Part shown: positions 27,356-32,000 of the stretch, piece after piece | Position numbering within the stretch: position 1 is the first letter of the stretch | How the letters are laid out: each line of letters starts with the position of its first letter | From: Longivirga aurantiaca | Lineage (GTDB): Bacteria > Actinomycetota > Actinomycetes > S36-B12 > CAIYMF01 | Reading direction: 5' to 3' | Assembly: GCF_042660085.1 (NCBI RefSeq) | Contig: NZ_JBHSTI010000002.1 | Coordinates: forward strand, 628,414-660,413 | Length of the DNA: 32,000 bases | Made by a program: the position numbers and the translations under genes | The notes under the pieces: generated by a model | The model's input: only the letters and a program-made list of their open reading frames with translations | The model's database searches: none | Told to the model about the DNA's origin: nothing

Positions 27356-28496
27356 CGCCGTGACCCTTCCTGACGACCAGGTCCTCGACGACGTCGACGC
27401 GCTCGTCGCGGCCGACCCGGGGATGATGCTGCGCGCCACGGGGGACGCCGGTGCGCAGGTGCGCCGCGCGCTGGCCGGCATCGACCGCGACGCCGTACGC
27501 CGCATCGCCGCCGACGGCCGCCCGCGCTCGGTGGTCGTGGTGGGCATGGGCGGCTCCGGCATCAGCGGCGACGTGCTCGCCGCGGTCTGCGGTAGCGGCT
27601 GCCCGGTGCTCGTCACCACGATCCGCGACTACACGCTCCCGGGCTGGGTCGGCCCGCTCGACCTCGTCCTCGCGGTGTCGTGCTCGGGCTCGACCGAGGA
27701 GACGCTCAACGTCGCGGCCGAGGCCGTCAAGCGCGGCTGCCGCGTCGTCGGCGTCGGGTCCGCCGGCAGCCCGCTCGAGCAGACCGTGCGCTCGACGACG
27801 TCCGGTGTCTTCCTGGCTGTCGACGCGGGCGACCTCATGCCCCGCGCGTCGCTGTGGCTCCTCGCCACGCCGCTGCTCGTCGTGGCCAACGCCCTGGAGA
27901 TCGCCGACGTCCCCGACTCCGCGCTCGAGCGTGCGGCCGACGTGCTCGACTCCGTCGCCACCGAGTGCGGCGTCGCCGTGCCGCTCGCCGACAACCCCGC
28001 GAAGATCCTGGGGCTCTCTCTCGCGGGCTCGCTCCCGATGGTGTGGGGCACGTCGTTCGTCGGCGACCTCGCGGCGTACCGCATGGCCTGCCAGTTCAAC
28101 GAGAACGCCAAGCTGCCGGTCGTGTTCGGCGCGATCCCCGAGGCCAACCACAACCAGGTGGTGTCCCTCGACGGCCCGTTCGCCGGCTCGGCGGGCGACG
28201 ACATCTTCCGCGACCCGTTCGAGGACGGCAGCGGGCCCGCGCGCCTCCGCCTCGTGCTGCTGCGCGACACTGACGAGCACCCGCAGGACGCGCGCCGTGC
28301 GGACGTCACCCGCGACATCGCCGAGCGCCGCGGTGTGGCCGTCCACGTCGTCACCGCCCGCAGCGGCCACGTGGTCGAGCGGCTCGCCTCGTTGACCGCC
28401 ATCGCCGACTGGTCGAGCGTGTACGCCGCCATCGCCCTCGGCATCGACCCCTCGCCCATCGGCCCGATCAACGAGCTGAAGGGTCGCATCGCATGA
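27348..28496 (+). CDS. SIS-domain protein, phosphoglucose/phosphomannose isomerase-like
   Basis: VVVVGMGGSGISGDVLAAVCGSGCPVLVTTIRDYTLPGWVGPLDLVLAVSCSGSTEETLNVAAEAVKRG...FNENAKLPVVFGAIPEANHNQVVS. Confidence 0.9.
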   Translation: MSDAVTLPDDQVLDDVDALVAADPGMMLRATGDAGAQVRRALAGIDRDAVRRIAADGRPRSVVVVGMGGSGISGDVLAAVCGSGCPVLVTTIRDYTLPGWVGPLDLVLAVSCSGSTEETLNVAAEAVKRGCRVVGVGSAGSPLEQTVRSTTSGVFLAVDAGDLMPRASLWLLATPLLVVANALEIADVPDSALERAADVLDSVATECGVAVPLADNPAKILGLSLAGSLPMVWGTSFVGDLAAYRMACQFNENAKLPVVFGAIPEANHNQVVSLDGPFAGSAGDDIFRDPFEDGSGPARLRLVLLRDTDEHPQDARRADVTRDIAERRGVAVHVVTARSGHVVERLASLTAIADWSSVYAAIALGIDPSPIGPINELKGRIA

Positions 28497-29413
28497 GCAC
28501 CGAGGGCGGCACCAAGGCGGTGGTGGCGGCGCTGATCGCCAACACCGGCATCGCGATCACGAAGTTCGGCGCGTTCGCCATCACGGGCTCGAGCTCGATG
28601 CTGTCCGAGGCGATCCACTCGGTCGCCGACTCCGGCAACCAGGTGCTCCTGCTCGTCGGCGGCAAGCGGTCCAAGCGCGAGGCGGACGACCAGCACCAGT
28701 TCGGCTACGGCCGCACGCGCTACGTCTACGCCTTCGTCGTCTCGATCGTGCTGTTCTGCCTCGGCGGACTGTTCAGCCTCTACGAGGGCTGGCACAAGTT
28801 CCACGAGCCCGAGGCGCTCACGAGCCCGATGGTCGCCTTCGTCGTGCTCGGCATCGCGATCGTCCTCGAGTCGTTCTCCTTCCGTACGGCGATCCGCGAG
28901 GCCAACAAGAGCCGCGGCACGAAGTCGATGCAGAAGTTCGTGCGCGAGGCCCGTCAGCCCGAGCTGCCCGTGATCCTGCTCGAGGACTTCGGCGCGCTCA
29001 TCGGCCTCTGCTTCGCGCTCATCGGCGTCACGCTCGCGACCGTCACCGGCGACGGACGGTGGGACGGCATCGGCGCGCTCGCGATCGGCGCGCTGCTGCT
29101 GGTCATCGCGGTGTTCCTGGCCCTGGAGATGTCCTCGATGCTCGTCGGCGAGAGCGCGGTGCCGGAGCAGACGGACGCGATCCGTGCCGCGCTCGAGTCG
29201 GAGCCGTCGGTCACCCGCATCATCCACATGCGCACGCTGCACACCGGGCCGGACGAGGTCATGGTGGCCGCGAAGATCGCCGTCACGGGCACCGACACCG
29301 CCGCCTCGGTGTCCGACGCCATCAACGCGGCCGAGGCCCGGATCCGCGCCGCCGTGCCCGAGGCCCGCTGGATCTACCTCGAGCCCGACCTCGACCGCGA
29401 GACCTCCGCCTGA
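28493..29413 (+). CDS. cation diffusion facilitator (CDF) family transporter
   Basis: AITGSSSMLSEAIHSVADSGNQVLLLVGGKRSKREADDQHQFGYGRTRYVYAFVVSIVLFCLGGLFSLYEG; His/Asp pattern of CDF TM2. Confidence 0.93.
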   Translation: MSTEGGTKAVVAALIANTGIAITKFGAFAITGSSSMLSEAIHSVADSGNQVLLLVGGKRSKREADDQHQFGYGRTRYVYAFVVSIVLFCLGGLFSLYEGWHKFHEPEALTSPMVAFVVLGIAIVLESFSFRTAIREANKSRGTKSMQKFVREARQPELPVILLEDFGALIGLCFALIGVTLATVTGDGRWDGIGALAIGALLLVIAVFLALEMSSMLVGESAVPEQTDAIRAALESEPSVTRIIHMRTLHTGPDEVMVAAKIAVTGTDTAASVSDAINAAEARIRAAVPEARWIYLEPDLDRETSA

Positions 29414-29430
29414 GCGTCCGAAGAGGGACT

Positions 29431-29460
29431 TTGGCCGGATCGGCGCGCGTGCGGCACAAT
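29431..29460 (+). promoter_or_regulatory. candidate promoter TTGGCC-N18-CACAAT for adenosylhomocysteinase
   Basis: Hexamers at 29431-29436 and 29455-29460 in the 158-bp gap before the ATG. Confidence 0.4.
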
Positions 29461-29571
29461 GGCAGCTGCCCTGCGGTGCAGATCCCCGCGTGAGCACCGG
29501 TGAGCCAACGAGGCCTCGTGACGCCCGCCGCGTACCGCCCGTCCCTCGGGCGTAGAAACCGGAGTACCCGC

Positions 29572-31011
<1,440 letters not shown>

Positions 31012-31017
31012 GGCTCC

Positions 31018-31797
31018 GTGACCGACCAGCCTGACCTGACAGGGGCGCCCTACCCGGGCGCCCCTGTCACGTATGCCGAGGCACGTGACGCCGGCGTCGA
31101 CCTGCGCCGCCAGCGCTGGGGCCTCGCCGACATCGCCATCGCGATGCTGCTCTCGCTGTTCGCCCCGATCCTCGTGCTCGGCCTGGGCCAGGCGGTCGGA
31201 GCGACCCCGGGCACGCCCGTGTGGCTCGTCCTCGCCATCGCCTCGCCGTGGATCGGGTTCGGGCTCTGGCCGTGGCTCACCACCAGGCTGCAGGGCAACG
31301 GGGCACGGATCGACCTCGGCGTCGCGTTCCGGTGGTCCGACCTCGGCTGGGGGCTGCTGGGCGGCGTCGCCTGCTGGGTGCTCGCCTCGCTCGTGGCGGG
31401 CCTGACCCAGCGGTTCTTCGGCGACTTCTCCTCCTCGGCGGCGGACGCGATCGTCGAGTCCGACGGCTCGAAGGTCGTCACGATCCTCGTGCTCGTCGTC
31501 GTGGTGACCCTCGGGCCGTTCTTCGAGGAGCTGTGCTTCCGGGGGCTCGCCTTCGCGGCCGTCGCCAAGTCGTCGGCGGCCCGCGGGCTGCCCGCGGTGC
31601 CCCTCGCCACGGTGGTCTCGGCGGTGCTGTTCACCCTCATCCACTTCGAGGTGGTGCGCATCGGCGTGCTGCTCACGATCGGCCTGGTGCTCGGCCTCCT
31701 GCGCGCCCTCACCGGGCGCATCGGCGCCAGCGTGGTGGCCCACGGCGTCAACAACCTCGTCGCCGTCGTCGGCATCGTGCAGGTCATCGACTGGTAG
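31018..31797 (+). CDS. CPBP family intramembrane glutamic endopeptidase
   Basis: Motifs FFEELCFRGLAFAAVAK, FTLIHFEVVRIG and ASVVAHGVNNLVA. Confidence 0.93.
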   Translation: MTDQPDLTGAPYPGAPVTYAEARDAGVDLRRQRWGLADIAIAMLLSLFAPILVLGLGQAVGATPGTPVWLVLAIASPWIGFGLWPWLTTRLQGNGARIDLGVAFRWSDLGWGLLGGVACWVLASLVAGLTQRFFGDFSSSAADAIVESDGSKVVTILVLVVVVTLGPFFEELCFRGLAFAAVAKSSAARGLPAVPLATVVSAVLFTLIHFEVVRIGVLLTIGLVLGLLRALTGRIGASVVAHGVNNLVAVVGIVQVIDW

Positions 31798-31900
31798 TCC
31801 GCTGCGCGGTGCCAGCGCCGCGCGGAGCGATGCTCGCTGGTCTTCCGACGCCATATCGCGTCGTACTCTTGAAGCCCCAGAACCGACCCCAGGAACGCCC

Positions 31901-32000
31901 ATGACCACATCCGCCCCGGAGGCGCCGGTTTCCGGCCGTCACCGGTCGTCGGCGTGGGTGCACATGCCGGGTCTGGACGGTGTGCGTGCGGTGGCTGTGG
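31901..32000 (+). CDS. acyltransferase-3 family protein, 3' truncated by window end
   Basis: ATG 31901: MTTSAPEAPVSGRHRSSAWVHMPGLDGVRAVAV, where PGLDGVRAVAV is the typical N-terminus of this family. Confidence 0.6.
   Translation, partial: MTTSAPEAPVSGRHRSSAWVHMPGLDGVRAVAV

Noticed and set aside
29461-29571. Calling the ahcY leader an SAH riboswitch
   Set aside because: The conserved SAH-element core did not align by eye, so it is reported only as an untested candidate.

Overview
The window is high-GC actinobacterial chromosome. The composition, the F420 genes and the WhiB gene suggest a Nocardioides/Aeromicrobium-like organism, but this is inferred from gene content and was not searched. 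It is mostly ordinary core genome and resembles the mycobacterial fbiAB/whiB2/Rv3258c/DUF3499/phosphomannomutase/SIS/sahH neighbourhood. In order it carries: a 5'-truncated SpoIID + cell-wall-binding-repeat-2 protein; a TIGR03089-like protein; a mannose-1-phosphate guanylyltransferase-like nucleotidyltransferase; a DNA glycosylase-like protein; a LppX/LprAFG-like lipoprotein; an ArsR regulator coupled to an SRPBCC protein; a DUF222/HNH protein; a metal/cobalamin-binding receptor; CoA-transferase A and B; a TRIC/UPF0126 membrane protein; fbiB and fbiA divergent from fbiC; a WhiB2-like gene; a giant GT2 membrane glycosyltransferase and its DUF5719 partner; a degenerate metallopeptidase-fold protein; an acyltransferase-SGNH protein; DUF3499; a small Cys4 protein; phosphomannomutase; a Trm112-like protein; an SIS isomerase; a cation diffusion facilitator; adenosylhomocysteinase; a CPBP protease; and the start of another acyltransferase. 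I found no mobile element, CRISPR array, rRNA/tRNA or defence system. The most notable signal is two related palindromes with the same core, 49 bp apart, in front of the arsR-SRPBCC pair. The second is a perfect 19-bp inverted repeat with a 4-nt loop that buries the ribosome-binding site and ends exactly on the GTG start codon. A second pattern is a set of TAGnnT boxes placed 6-9 nt before start codons, which suggests leaderless transcription of several core genes.
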